Origin: Candidatus Troglogloeales bacterium
GTDB taxonomy: Bacteria; Nitrospirota; Nitrospiria; SBBL01; SBBA01
Assembly (NCBI GenBank): GCA_005239925.1
Contig: SBBA01000183.1
Span: forward strand, 27-64,026
DNA length: 64,000 bases
Direction: 5' to 3'
The position numbers and the translations under genes are program-made. Shown in pieces: positions 43,952-54,478 of this stretch. A model generated the notes under the pieces. It searched no databases. It saw nothing but the letters and a program-made list of their open reading frames with translations, and was not told the DNA's origin. Every line of letters starts with the position of its first letter. The first letter of the stretch is position 1.

Positions 43952-45249
43952 TGATTAAACGATATTCTCGCCCCGCCATGCAGGCGTTGTGGCAAACCAA
44001 AAAACGGTATGACTTGTGGCTGAAGATCGAGCTGTTGGTTTGCGAGGCCTTGGCCGACCAAGGGGAGATTCCAAAAGAGGCCGCTGCAAAAATTCGCTCG
44101 AAGGCCAAAATCAATCTACATCGGATTGACGAATTGGAAAAAACAGTCAAGCATGATGTGATTGCCTTTCTGTCATCGATTACCGAACAGGTGGGAGAGG
44201 TGGGTCGCTACCTACACTGGGGAATGACCTCGTCCGATCTCACTGATACGGCGTTGGCCGTTGTGCTACGGCAGGCATCGGATATTTTAATTGACGACCT
44301 CTCGACCCTAATGGCCGTCTTGGAGAAACAGGCGCTGCAACACAAGGAAACGATCATGATGGGGCGTTCCCACGGTGTTCATGGAGAGCCGATTACCTTC
44401 GGGCTTAAGCTGGCCATCTGGTATGAAGAGGTACGTCGCAACCGGTTGCGGCTGTGTCAGGCCAGGGAGGAAATTGCGTTTGGGAAAATATCGGGATCAA
44501 TGGGAACCTATGCCCATCTTTCCCCGGCCGTAGAAGAAGCGGTGTTACAAAGACTGGGCCTGCAACCCGAGCCGGTGGCCAATCAGATCGTGCAGCGGGA
44601 TCGTCATGCCCATTATATGCAGGTTCTGGCCTTGATTGCCGCGAGCCTTGAAAAATTTGCCATCGAGATTCGGCATCTTCAAAGAACGGAGGTGTTGGAG
44701 GCGGAAGAGCCGTTTGAGATTGGGCAGAAAGGCTCTTCGTCCATGCCCCATAAACGCAATCCCATTGGGTGCGAGAATATTTGCGGCCTCTCCCGCGTGA
44801 TTCGGGCAAATGCCATGTCTGCCTTGGAAAATGTCCCGCTCTGGCACGAAAGGGATATTTCGCATTCCTCCGTCGAGCGGATTATCCTGCCGGATTCGAC
44901 GCTGCTTTTAGACTTTATGCTCTATCGGTTTACGAAGATCATGGATCGGCTTTGTGTTTATCCAAAAAAAATGACCGAGAATATGGAAAAAAGTGATGGC
45001 GTTGTATATAGTCAGAAACTATTGCTTTTGCTGATACAGAAGGGAATGAAACGGGAAACGGCCTATCAAATGGTCCAGGAAATAGCCTTAAGTGTCCTTG
45101 AGAAAAAGGGAGCGAGGTCTTTTAAAAAAGAGGCGGGATCCAATCCGGCGCTGCTTGCTCAATTGAGTAAGGACGAAATTTTGGCCTGTTTTGATCCGAA
45201 GGCGTATCTGAAACAGGTTGATCATATCTATAAGCGGGTGTTTCATTGA
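43951..45249 (+). CDS. purB: Adenylosuccinate lyase
   Basis: 432-aa ORF with the signature 'GSSSMPHKRNP'. Confidence 0.95.
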   Translation: MIKRYSRPAMQALWQTKKRYDLWLKIELLVCEALADQGEIPKEAAAKIRSKAKINLHRIDELEKTVKHDVIAFLSSITEQVGEVGRYLHWGMTSSDLTDTALAVVLRQASDILIDDLSTLMAVLEKQALQHKETIMMGRSHGVHGEPITFGLKLAIWYEEVRRNRLRLCQAREEIAFGKISGSMGTYAHLSPAVEEAVLQRLGLQPEPVANQIVQRDRHAHYMQVLALIAASLEKFAIEIRHLQRTEVLEAEEPFEIGQKGSSSMPHKRNPIGCENICGLSRVIRANAMSALENVPLWHERDISHSSVERIILPDSTLLLDFMLYRFTKIMDRLCVYPKKMTENMEKSDGVVYSQKLLLLLIQKGMKRETAYQMVQEIALSVLEKKGARSFKKEAGSNPALLAQLSKDEILACFDPKAYLKQVDHIYKRVFH

Positions 45250-45491
45250 AGGCCAAGGTGTATGTTACACTAAAGGACGGGATTCATGACCCGCAGGGGA
45301 AGGCGGTAAAGGACGCTCTTTCTGTTTTAGGGTTTAATGGCGTAGAACAGGTGCGCGTGGGAAAATATTTCGAGTTGGATATTGCCGAGACCTCTTTGGA
45401 GACGGCGGGACCGTTGGTGAACGGGATGTGTGATCAATTGCTGGCGAATACGGTTATTGAAAAGTACCGGTATGAGCTTATTGAAAAATAA
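45246..45491 (+). CDS. purS: Phosphoribosylformylglycinamidine synthase subunit PurS
   Basis: 81-aa ORF with 'VYVTLKDGIHDPQGKAVKDALSVLGF'. The TTG start overlaps the purB stop. Confidence 0.85.
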   Translation: MKAKVYVTLKDGIHDPQGKAVKDALSVLGFNGVEQVRVGKYFELDIAETSLETAGPLVNGMCDQLLANTVIEKYRYELIEK

Positions 45492-45500
45492 CCAAGGATT

Positions 45501-46550
45501 ATGGCGCTTGACGGGCTACTTCAACAGATGTCGTTTGGTGAGATTTTTCAAACCATCTCACTCTGCAAACAATCGGGTGTTTTGACCCTCACCAATGATC
45601 AAGAACGTGGACAGCTTATCTTCAGTGAGGGGCATCTCCTTCACGCCTCTGTGGACAGCCTCCAGCGATTTGGAGACACCTTAATGCAATCGGGGTTGAT
45701 TACCGCAGAAGACCTGGAGGCCGCTGTGGTCGCGCAACGAAACGGTGATGCCCATGTTCCGTTCGGCGAGGTGCTTCAAAACAATGGCATTATCTCAAAA
45801 GAGGTTTTACAGGCGGAATTAAAGAAATATCTGACGAATGTGGTACGAACCCTTTTGCATTGGAAGACCGGTGCCTTTCATTTTGAGTTCGGTTCGGGCA
45901 TGAAGCAAGATATGCTGCTGGGAGAGGGACTCAATCTACCGACCTTGCTCATGGAAGCGACACGGCCTTCCGATCCGTGGCACATGGGGCTTCAGACCGA
46001 TCGAATTGAAAGTCCGGATCGACGCCGAGAGTGGACCTTCTTCCTCTCTATTTTATCTGAGCTTTCCGGCCCCGTGAGCGCCCATGAAATTCTGCTTTTG
46101 GTTTTGCGGTATGCGAGCGCACTGCTTAATCGATCGGTTATTTTTATGGTCAAGAAAAAATATTTAATTGGTGTGGGACAGTCCGGTCTGCAATTTTCGG
46201 ATGAAGAGGCGGACGCCCGGATCAAGAAAATGCGGATTCCCTTATCCGAGCCCTCTTTTTTTTCTGAGGCGATTCGTAGTCAGGCTAGTTATAAAGGGCC
46301 ACTCGCGCAAATGGACTGGCATCAATATTTTATTGACCAAATTGGCGGTGATTGGCCTTCCAGTGTGTTTCTCTCCCCTCTGATGGACGGGAGAAATCCG
46401 GTGGCCCTGCTGTATGGCGATCATGTTTCCCATGCGCAGCCTTCGCCGGATACGCGGGGTCTTGAGGCCTTTATTCGTGTTTCGGGTATGGCCTATACAA
46501 AGATTATGTTGGAAAGAAAGTGGGTTGGAAATAAGGAGGAGGTCCTTTGA
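45501..46550 (+). CDS. DUF4388 (PATAN-like) domain protein with an MshEN-like segment
   Basis: 349-aa ORF. The N-terminus 'SFGEIFQTISLCKQSGVLTLTND..RGQLIFSEGHLLHA' matches the DUF4388 pattern. 'LMQSGLITAEDLEAAVVAQR' resembles the GspE-N/MshEN motif. There is a 4-bp overlap with cheY. Confidence 0.65.
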   Translation: MALDGLLQQMSFGEIFQTISLCKQSGVLTLTNDQERGQLIFSEGHLLHASVDSLQRFGDTLMQSGLITAEDLEAAVVAQRNGDAHVPFGEVLQNNGIISKEVLQAELKKYLTNVVRTLLHWKTGAFHFEFGSGMKQDMLLGEGLNLPTLLMEATRPSDPWHMGLQTDRIESPDRRREWTFFLSILSELSGPVSAHEILLLVLRYASALLNRSVIFMVKKKYLIGVGQSGLQFSDEEADARIKKMRIPLSEPSFFSEAIRSQASYKGPLAQMDWHQYFIDQIGGDWPSSVFLSPLMDGRNPVALLYGDHVSHAQPSPDTRGLEAFIRVSGMAYTKIMLERKWVGNKEEVL

Positions 46551-46918
46551 GTAAAAAAGTTCTGGTTGTTGATGATTCGACGATTATGCGGTCGCTGGTG
46601 GTGTCGGCTATCGAGGAATTAGAGGGTGTGGAAACGGTGGAGGCGGCAAACGGCTCCGAGGCCTTAAAGACACTGCCGCAGCACAAATTCGATCTGATTA
46701 TCACCGATATTAATATGCCGGAGATTAATGGATTGGAAATTGTCCACTTTGTTAAAACGCATCAATTGTACAAAACCATTCCGACGATTATTATCTCCAC
46801 CGATCATGGCGATGCCGAGGTCAAAAAAGGGCTGTCCTTGGGGGCTAATCGTTATTTTATCAAACCGTTTCAGATGGATGAGTTAAAGGAAGTGGTCAGT
46901 GAGTTTTTGGGTCTTTAA
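46547..46918 (+). CDS. cheY: CheY-like single-domain response regulator
   Basis: 123-aa ORF with 'VLVVDDS', 'LIITDINMP' and 'FIKPF'. Confidence 0.9.
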   Translation: MSKKVLVVDDSTIMRSLVVSAIEELEGVETVEAANGSEALKTLPQHKFDLIITDINMPEINGLEIVHFVKTHQLYKTIPTIIISTDHGDAEVKKGLSLGANRYFIKPFQMDELKEVVSEFLGL

Positions 46919-46970
46919 AAAAGGAGAAAATGATCTTTGGCCCAAGGCTACGACGTATTAACTTAGATGT

Positions 46971-47056
46971 GTCATTCCGGCAATTTTTAAGCCGGAATCC
47001 AGAGTTGTCTGTAGTAGCTTAACCCTGGATTCCGGCTAGAGGCATGCCGGAATGAC
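46971..47056 (-). repeat. Family C nested-hairpin element, copy C2 (cheY-cheA spacer, inverted, short core)
   Basis: Ends are GTCATTCCGGCA and TGCCGGAATGAC. Its reverse complement aligns with C1 and C3 but the core is 24 bp shorter. Confidence 0.75.
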
Positions 47057-47120
47057 AGACGAACATGTTGCACAATTGATAAGCCACAGTACTCGGCTGA
47101 ATTTATTAGAAGATATTACT

Positions 47121-49268
47121 ATGCCACCAAAAAAACAAAAACAAAACCGAATGCTGCAAGAGTTCATTCCCGAAGCGGAGGAACTCATTGACATCCTTTC
47201 ACAGAATCTAAACCAGATTGATGGGATGCCCAACAAGGATGCGGTGCGTCCCGACACCGTCAATGCAATTTTCCGCGCGGCCCATACCCTCAAGGGGATG
47301 TCGGGCATGATGGGCTTTAATAAGGTCTGTGACGTCAGCCATCATTTTGAGGATATCCTGGATAAGATTCGGATGGGCAAGGCCTCGTTTACGCCAGTAC
47401 TGCTTAATCTCTTGATTGATGGGGTCAGTCTGTTGCAATCGCTGGTCAAGGCGGCTGGTCTGGGGAAGCCTGGGCCCGATGTCAGTTTTTTTGAAGAGCG
47501 AATTCGTTTATCGATTGCTGAAAAGCCAAAAGTAACGGAGGACGATCTGATTGCCAAGCTCGATCTGGGCGCGACTTTTCCCAATCTTTTGACCGAATAC
47601 GAACAACATCGGCTACTTCATAATATCAAGACGGAGGCGCGGCTGTACGAGGTCGTCGCCACGTTTCCGTTGGAGACCTTTGATACCGATTTGTCGGCGT
47701 TAACCGCCCGCATTCAAGCCTCCGGAACAGGCGAGATTATAGCGACCCTTCCTGGCCCATCCCCCACGGGTGGCATGGAATTTCGTCTGGTGGTGGGCGT
47801 TCTAAAAGAGGGAGAGCCCCTGGAAACCCTGATTCCACCCTCAGATACAATCACAATCAGGGTTTTAGGCGAACAGAAGGCGTTGGCGCCCACGCAAACA
47901 GAATTGACATCAACGGCTCCGGCTCCCGCGGACAGCGGAACACCTTTAGCGAAAGTCGAACCGCATCTACCCGAAGCGGCGTTCCAGCCACCACCATCGG
48001 CCTTCACCAATGGCGAAGCCGGCATGGATGATCTGGAGTCGATCCGGAGTCTAAGTCAGACCGTTCGTGTTGATATTGAAAAATTGGACCTCCTGTTGAA
48101 TATGGTTGGGGAACTGGTGATCAGCAAAAGCCAGATCAGTCGAATCAGCCGAAAATTGTTGGATCAGGATGGGGCGTCTCCTCTGGCGTTGGAGGTACAA
48201 AAGGCCTCGAAGACTTTGGATAAAAGGGTGACGTCGTTTCAGGAAAAGCTGGTTGAGGTTCGGATGACCCCGATCGGACAAATCTTTGAGCGTTTGGTTC
48301 GCGTGGTGCATAAGGTTTCAAGGGACTTGGGCAAGGAGGTGGACCTCCAATTCTCCGGCGAAGAAACCCGGATGGACAAGTCTATGGTGGAAGAATTGGC
48401 CGACCCGCTGCTTCATCTTATTTTAAACGCGTTGGATCATGGGCTTGAAGATACGCAAAAACGAATTGCCCTCGGTAAACCGGCAACGGGTAGCATTATG
48501 GTTCGCGCCTCTCAGCAGGGGAATCATGTCGTCATCGAAGTTGAGGACGATGGACAGGGAATCAATACAGAGAAGATTTACCAGAAGGGGCTTTCCAAAG
48601 GCTTGGTGACACAGGGCAAGCAATACACTCAGAACGAATTGATTCGGCTGCTTTTCCTGCCGGGATTTTCAACGAAGGATCAGGTTAGCCAGGTGTCAGG
48701 AAGGGGCGTGGGGATGGATGTGGTGGCAAAAAATATCTCCAAACTTTCCGGCATGGTTGATGTTGAAACAGTGTTGGGTCAGGGGACGATTTTTACATTG
48801 ACCCTTCCGATCACGTTGGTGATTATTCATGCCCTGATTGTGAAGGTCGGAAAGGAAACCTTTGCGATTCCACTTTCCTCTGTACTGGAAAGTCTGATGA
48901 TTTCGGAAGGGGATATTAAAACGATTGAGTCGCAGGAGATCATTCAGCTTCGAGAAGAGACCCTGATGTTGGTTCGCCTGAAAGACCTCTTTAGTCTGCA
49001 AGAAGGGGAGAAGACCTCTGGAAATCCTTATGTGATTGTGGTGGGTTTGGCCGAGAAAAGAATGGGGCTGGTTGTTGATGATATTCGAGGCCAGCAGGAG
49101 GTCGTGATCAAGTCGTTAGGGGAGGACCTGAAGAATATTGATGGCATTTCGGGGGTCACCGAGCTGGGGGATGGCAAGCTGATTTTGGTTTTGGATATTG
49201 CCTCGCTGATCCAGGAGGTCACGGAAAAAAGGGAGGAGAAGACCACCGAAACAGGTGCTAGAAGGTAA
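47121..49268 (+). CDS. cheA: Chemotaxis histidine kinase CheA
   Basis: The Hpt domain has 'RAAHTLKGMSGMMGF'. The HATPase domain has 'DDGQGIN' and 'GRGVGMDVV'. A C-terminal CheW-like domain is present. The ORF is open to ATG 47052, which lies inside repeat C2, so ATG 47121 or 47151 is more likely. Confidence 0.9.
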   Translation: MPPKKQKQNRMLQEFIPEAEELIDILSQNLNQIDGMPNKDAVRPDTVNAIFRAAHTLKGMSGMMGFNKVCDVSHHFEDILDKIRMGKASFTPVLLNLLIDGVSLLQSLVKAAGLGKPGPDVSFFEERIRLSIAEKPKVTEDDLIAKLDLGATFPNLLTEYEQHRLLHNIKTEARLYEVVATFPLETFDTDLSALTARIQASGTGEIIATLPGPSPTGGMEFRLVVGVLKEGEPLETLIPPSDTITIRVLGEQKALAPTQTELTSTAPAPADSGTPLAKVEPHLPEAAFQPPPSAFTNGEAGMDDLESIRSLSQTVRVDIEKLDLLLNMVGELVISKSQISRISRKLLDQDGASPLALEVQKASKTLDKRVTSFQEKLVEVRMTPIGQIFERLVRVVHKVSRDLGKEVDLQFSGEETRMDKSMVEELADPLLHLILNALDHGLEDTQKRIALGKPATGSIMVRASQQGNHVVIEVEDDGQGINTEKIYQKGLSKGLVTQGKQYTQNELIRLLFLPGFSTKDQVSQVSGRGVGMDVVAKNISKLSGMVDVETVLGQGTIFTLTLPITLVIIHALIVKVGKETFAIPLSSVLESLMISEGDIKTIESQEIIQLREETLMLVRLKDLFSLQEGEKTSGNPYVIVVGLAEKRMGLVVDDIRGQQEVVIKSLGEDLKNIDGISGVTELGDGKLILVLDIASLIQEVTEKREEKTTETGARR

Positions 49269-49322
49269 TCAGATATGGTATTCTGCCAAAATTGATGCAA
49301 TGCAGGATGATGACATTGTATA

Positions 49323-49862
49323 TTGGGGTGTGAGACCGTGAGTGAACAAGCCGTTGAAACGTTAAGCGCGATAGAAAAATCGGGGGGATTTGAGACCCGC
49401 GGCCTACTCAAACAAGATGGCGTCAGTAAGGTTCTGACCTTTCTCCTGGCTACTGAAGAATACGCGATTGATATTTTGTTTATCGAAGAGATTACCAGGC
49501 CGTTTACAGTCACCTATGTGCCTCGGGTCGCGCCTTATATCATGGGTGTGGTCAGCCTAAGAGGCCGTGTGATTCCAATTCTGAACTTGCATGCAAGACT
49601 GGGCCTGGCCGACTTTGTGCCCGGGGACAAAAACAGGTTTGTCATTTGCCAAATGGAACAGTCGGAGGTTGGGATTATCGTTGATAAAGTGAATAACGTC
49701 GTCAATCTATCGCCGGATCAACTTCAGCCGCCACCGGCGAAGATTGCGGCGTCCGGCAGCGGCTTTATCAAGAATATTGGACGTATTAAGGATCGCATTC
49801 TCATCATATTGGACGTTGAGAAGGTGCTCAGGATTCATCAGAAGACCGGCCCGTCTTCTTGA
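49323..49862 (+). CDS. cheW: Chemotaxis coupling protein CheW (1)
   Basis: 179-aa ORF with '[20 protein letters not shown]' and '[15 protein letters not shown]'. Confidence 0.9.
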   Translation: MGCETVSEQAVETLSAIEKSGGFETRGLLKQDGVSKVLTFLLATEEYAIDILFIEEITRPFTVTYVPRVAPYIMGVVSLRGRVIPILNLHARLGLADFVPGDKNRFVICQMEQSEVGIIVDKVNNVVNLSPDQLQPPPAKIAASGSGFIKNIGRIKDRILIILDVEKVLRIHQKTGPSS

Positions 49863-49903
49863 TCAATGGTTATTTACTGGCTAAGAAAAAGGGGAGAACA
49901 GGA

Positions 49904-51991
49904 ATGGAAGAACGATTTCAAACAAGACAGGAACTCAAGAAAAGGGTATTGCTCCTGGTGGGCGTTGCATTGATTTCAATGGGGGTGATCTTGGGGGCAA
50001 CGCTGTTAATGGATGTTGAAAGGAGCAGCTATGAACGATTGCGTGATCGTGGGGTTCAAACGGCCCACCGGATTGCCAATAAAGCGGGGGCAACCGACAC
50101 AACATCCTATCCATTAGACGAATATCTGTCGGATATCGGACAAGACCAGGAAATCGCCTATCTGTTGGTCCTAAGTAAAGGTGGAGAGGTTTTGGGCGAG
50201 ATCAACAGTCAGGCGGCCAAGGCCATGTTGCAAGAGGCCGACTTAAGGCCACGCGGCGATATCAGTGAACCCACTGTTGTCAAAAGGCAGCACAACTCTG
50301 GCAGTTTTTTTGATGTGACTGTTCCGATTCGTTCGGAAGGACTCTCCATCCATCAGGGGGGGGTGGTTCGTTTGGGGATCTCCTTAAAAGGGGTGGATGG
50401 AACGGTTCATGATCTGCGCAAAAAAATGTTTCTGATCCTGTTGGTTGTAACGGGGATAGGGGTGTGGGCGGCCACCCTTTTTGCCCGCACGATTGAGGCC
50501 CCGTTGGAGAAAATCACCGAGGCGGCGCACCGGATCGGACGAGGTGACCTATCTGTTAATGTGGAGCAGACGGCCCAACAAGAATCGAGCCGGTTGGGAA
50601 TCGGTGAAGAATTTTCCCAAATGGTCCCGGGCCTAAGGGCACTGGTGCAGCAGGCTAATACGATGGTTCTTCAACTGAGCGGCACCACGGACGGGTTGGC
50701 CCAATCGGTTCAGAGAGTTAAGGAAGGGGTGAGTCATCGGTCCCAATTGGCCAGGGAGGCGTTGGCCTCGCTCGAATCCATGAAAAGCACCTTCCAAACG
50801 GTCTCTGAGAATGTGGATGACCTCTCGGTGAAGGCGCAAACCACCTCTCCGGCGCTGCTTGAGATGGGCGCAGCGACGGTGCAGGTGGCCGACAGCATGA
50901 CCAATCTTTCATCTTATGTCGAAGATACGGCCTCGGCACTTCTTGAAATGTCGAGTTCCATCAAACAGGTTGTGGAACATGTCAACTCATTAACTGACAA
51001 CATGTCGGAGACCACGGCCTCCTGTGCCCGTATGAATACCTCGATTAATGAAATCGAGGGGAACGCCAAGGAATCGGCCTTATTGACCGAGAAGGTGAGT
51101 AAAGACGCCGATGAGTTGGGCGGGGGCGCCATCGAAAAAATGATCGAAGGAATGGAAAATATCAAGAAGGCGGTGGAGAAGTCGTCCAACGTTATTTTTA
51201 AACTCGGAGAGCGTACGGAGTATATCGGTAAGATTCTGACCGTTATTGACGAGGTAACCCGTCAGACCAATTTGCTGGCCCTCAATGCGGCCATTCTGGC
51301 GGCGCAGGCTGGAGAGCATGGCCGGGGGTTTGCCGTTGTCGCCGATGAAATTAAAGGGCTGGCGGATCGAACCGCCACCTCAACAAAAGAGATCGCGCAG
51401 TTGATTCGCGATTTGCAAACGGAGGCCCAGGACGCCGTGACATCCATTCGGGAGGGGGGCACCAGCGTGGAGGAAGGGGTTCGCCTGTCACTGGATGCCA
51501 GACGATCTTTAAACACAATTCTTGGGGAAGCAGGCCGGTCCTCATTGATGTCCAGGCAGATTGAAAAATCAACCGTGGCCCAGGCACAGGCCATTCGAAT
51601 GGTCACGCAATCAATGGACAAGATGAACCAGATGGTGCATCAGGTCAACGGCGCCATGCAGGAGCAGGGGAAGGTTATCGAGCATATCACGGAAGGCTCC
51701 GAGAAGATGCGTATGATTACGCGGCAAGTCAAATCCGCTACCGATGAGCAGGCGTCGGTGAGTAAACAGACCTCTTCCGCGATGGAAGAAATTGCCGTGG
51801 GGGTGCGAGAAATTGGCGAGGGCTTAAGTCTTCAGAAGAAGTCAACGGATGCCGTAATCCGCTGGGCCACCGATGCGGATCAGTCCACCGATATGAATAA
51901 GAAATTGTGCGAGAAAATGGGCCAGGAGATGGAAGACCTCCTTAAAAACCTACAGGCATTGAAGACGGAGATGGGCAGTTTTAAGATATAG
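49904..51991 (+). CDS. Methyl-accepting chemotaxis protein with a periplasmic sensor region and HAMP
   Basis: ATG 49904 has the RBS GGGGAGAA, and the ORF is open from 49859. There are two TM segments flanking an about 150-aa domain. HAMP contains '[21 protein letters not shown]'. The signalling hairpin is '[38 protein letters not shown]'. Confidence 0.9.
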   Translation: MEERFQTRQELKKRVLLLVGVALISMGVILGATLLMDVERSSYERLRDRGVQTAHRIANKAGATDTTSYPLDEYLSDIGQDQEIAYLLVLSKGGEVLGEINSQAAKAMLQEADLRPRGDISEPTVVKRQHNSGSFFDVTVPIRSEGLSIHQGGVVRLGISLKGVDGTVHDLRKKMFLILLVVTGIGVWAATLFARTIEAPLEKITEAAHRIGRGDLSVNVEQTAQQESSRLGIGEEFSQMVPGLRALVQQANTMVLQLSGTTDGLAQSVQRVKEGVSHRSQLAREALASLESMKSTFQTVSENVDDLSVKAQTTSPALLEMGAATVQVADSMTNLSSYVEDTASALLEMSSSIKQVVEHVNSLTDNMSETTASCARMNTSINEIEGNAKESALLTEKVSKDADELGGGAIEKMIEGMENIKKAVEKSSNVIFKLGERTEYIGKILTVIDEVTRQTNLLALNAAILAAQAGEHGRGFAVVADEIKGLADRTATSTKEIAQLIRDLQTEAQDAVTSIREGGTSVEEGVRLSLDARRSLNTILGEAGRSSLMSRQIEKSTVAQAQAIRMVTQSMDKMNQMVHQVNGAMQEQGKVIEHITEGSEKMRMITRQVKSATDEQASVSKQTSSAMEEIAVGVREIGEGLSLQKKSTDAVIRWATDADQSTDMNKKLCEKMGQEMEDLLKNLQALKTEMGSFKI

Positions 51992-52035
51992 GGGCACTGT
52001 TTTCAAAAGGACTTTCAACTTTTTTGTAGGTTTTT

Positions 52036-52145
52036 GTCATTCCGGCATGTTTCTAGCCGGAATCCAGGGTTACGCCACTACGGGCGGTGTCGAACGCTTT
52101 AGCTCTGACATCTCTGGATTCCGGCTTAAAGATTGCCGGAATGAC
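52036..52145 (+). repeat. Family C nested-hairpin element, copy C3 (mcp-cheW spacer)
   Basis: 110 bp, near-identical in layout to C1, with perfect outer arms GTCATTCCGGCA and TGCCGGAATGAC. Confidence 0.8.
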
Positions 52146-52196
52146 GTATGTGTGTAAGATGTTTTATTAACAGTAGGGTAGAGGTATTGTAAACCT

Positions 52197-52739
52197 ATGG
52201 GCCTTTCTAAAAGCAAACATGAAAAAGGAGTCCAACAGGCCGTTGCAACGCGCGGCATTGTGAGTTTCCTTCTTTCCGGCAAGGAATATGCCGTTGATAT
52301 GGAGTCGGTTCGTGAGGTGATCTATAAAAGAAAGGTCAGTCCTCTCCCGGGCGCGCCGCACTATTTTGAAGGTCTGATTGATCTGCGTGGCACCGTGATT
52401 CCGGTGATTCATTTGGGAAAGAGGCTTAATGCGGTAGAGGCGGCATCGGCTCCTTCCGAGCATATCCTTATTATGGAAATCAGACAGAAGAAGGTTGGTT
52501 TTATCGTGGATCGGGTCGAGAATGTGGTTGTGATTGAAAAGGAGTCTGTACAAAAAACACAGGATATGATTGAATCCCCGCTCTCTGTCATCGAGGGCGT
52601 TTTTCGGTATCAGGAAAGGCTGATTTTATTGGTTCATTTAGAGCGTCTTTTTACGCAAGAGGATATCAACAGGATAACGGCGGCCATCGCGCAGGGGGAC
52701 ATCATGAACCCGGACCTCATGCGGAGCGTGGCGGCGTGA
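52197..52739 (+). CDS. cheW: Chemotaxis coupling protein CheW (2)
   Basis: 180-aa ORF with 'IVSFLLSGKEYAVDMESVREV' and 'GLIDLRGTVIPVIHL'. Confidence 0.9.
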   Translation: MGLSKSKHEKGVQQAVATRGIVSFLLSGKEYAVDMESVREVIYKRKVSPLPGAPHYFEGLIDLRGTVIPVIHLGKRLNAVEAASAPSEHILIMEIRQKKVGFIVDRVENVVVIEKESVQKTQDMIESPLSVIEGVFRYQERLILLVHLERLFTQEDINRITAAIAQGDIMNPDLMRSVAA

Positions 52740-52773
52740 TGATTCATCCCTTGCCTGGGCGTTAAAGAGAAAT

Positions 52774-54468
52774 ATGGAAAATCAGACAGATTATAAACGT
52801 ACTTCCCCCCTGTTATTTAAGCTGATGGGAGGAATTTTGTTCATTCTTCTTGCCGGCCTGGCGTTTCTCTCCTCTATTTTAAACTCTGTTGGCGATAACT
52901 TGATTTTTGTGGGATCAGTCACCATCGTTCTCATGACGGGGGCGATTCTTTTCTTGGTCTATCGGCTGGTGCTTCTCCCTGTCAGGCAGGTGTCTCAGCG
53001 AATGATGGAGATTGCCGAGGGGGATTTATCGGAGCGGTTTGATAAGGTAGGCGACGACGAGCCGGGCGCGATTGCATTTTATTTTAATCGGTTTGCGGAG
53101 CGGTTGTTTGAACTGATTCCTCAGTCCTTTGCTGCGGCGCAACATGTTTCTTCTGCCTCTTCGGACGTAATGGTCGGCAGTCGAGAGATCATGGAAGGGG
53201 CATCGGTTCAGGTGGATGCCATCGAATCAATCTCCGCTGCGATTGGGGAAATGAACACGAATACGCAGAACGTGGCGGCAACCTCCAATCAGTTGGCGGC
53301 TTCTTCCAAAGAAAGCGCCGATGCGATACATCAAATGGCCGCCGCCGTGGAAGATATCGAGCGCAATATCAAATTTCTTTCCGCCTCGGTGGATGAGGCC
53401 TCGACGGAGATTTTATCCATGTCCTCCGAAATTCGGAAGATTGATGACAGCGTTGCGAATCTGCTCGTCGAAACGGAGTCCACGTCGGCCTCCATGGTGG
53501 AAATGGATCAGTCACTTCGCGGAACACAGATCAATATCATGGAGATGGTGGAGCTGGCGCAGGAGGTGAATGCCAATGCGGAACTGGGGCGCAAGAAGGT
53601 TGAACTGACTCAGAACAGTATCCGTGGCATTAAAAGTTTTTCGAAAGAGATTTACGAGGAGGTTCGCAATTTGGAGAAACAGACTGGGAATATTGGCCGA
53701 TTCCTGGACGTGATCAACGATATGGCGGATCAGACCAATCTCCTGGCGCTCAATGCCGAGATTATTGCGGCGCAGGAGGGAGAGCATGGCCGATCTTTTT
53801 CCGTTGTGGCCAACGAGATTAAAGAACTGGCCGAAAGAACCAGCACCTCTACTCAGGAGATACACGAAATCATCAAGGCCTTGCAGTCTGAGGCGAGGAG
53901 GGTGGTCGAGATTATTGCAGTCGGGGACGAACGGATTGATGAAGGGGTACGGATGGCCAGATCGGCCCAGGACGCCTTAGATAAAATATACGACAGCATC
54001 AACCGCTCCACGCAGCGCACTACCATGGTGGTCAACACCATCGAGGAACAATCCAAGGTGATTCGACAGGTTGGGGAGTCAATGCTGCATATGGATAACC
54101 GGGTGCATGAAGTGGCCCGCGCCACCAACGAGCAGAACAAAAAATCGGAGAGAATTATTGAAGCGGCCTACCGTATGAAATCGATTACCGAGTCGCTGGA
54201 AGGGGCGATGGCACCCCACGCCAAGGGCATGAAGAAGGTCAAAGGGGTGACTGACGGGGTGTGGCGGGTCGCACGCGAAATCGCAAAGGAAACCTCCAAT
54301 CAGAAGAGACAGAGTGAAGAGATTGTTCGCGCCATTCATCAAATCAAGACGGTCACCCGTCAAACAGTGGATACGATGAGCGCGATGGGAGGGTCGGTAG
54401 AAAAGTTAATCAAACAGGCCAAGATTCTGGAAGAAGAGATTGCAGACGTTAAGTTGAATTGTCGTTAA
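52774..54468 (+). CDS. Methyl-accepting chemotaxis protein with a membrane hairpin and no periplasmic domain
   Basis: 564-aa ORF. Two adjacent TM segments are followed by HAMP 'MEIAEGDLSERF'. The signalling hairpin is '[38 protein letters not shown]'. Confidence 0.9.
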   Translation: MENQTDYKRTSPLLFKLMGGILFILLAGLAFLSSILNSVGDNLIFVGSVTIVLMTGAILFLVYRLVLLPVRQVSQRMMEIAEGDLSERFDKVGDDEPGAIAFYFNRFAERLFELIPQSFAAAQHVSSASSDVMVGSREIMEGASVQVDAIESISAAIGEMNTNTQNVAATSNQLAASSKESADAIHQMAAAVEDIERNIKFLSASVDEASTEILSMSSEIRKIDDSVANLLVETESTSASMVEMDQSLRGTQINIMEMVELAQEVNANAELGRKKVELTQNSIRGIKSFSKEIYEEVRNLEKQTGNIGRFLDVINDMADQTNLLALNAEIIAAQEGEHGRSFSVVANEIKELAERTSTSTQEIHEIIKALQSEARRVVEIIAVGDERIDEGVRMARSAQDALDKIYDSINRSTQRTTMVVNTIEEQSKVIRQVGESMLHMDNRVHEVARATNEQNKKSERIIEAAYRMKSITESLEGAMAPHAKGMKKVKGVTDGVWRVAREIAKETSNQKRQSEEIVRAIHQIKTVTRQTVDTMSAMGGSVEKLIKQAKILEEEIADVKLNCR

Positions 54469-54478
54469 CAAGGATGAA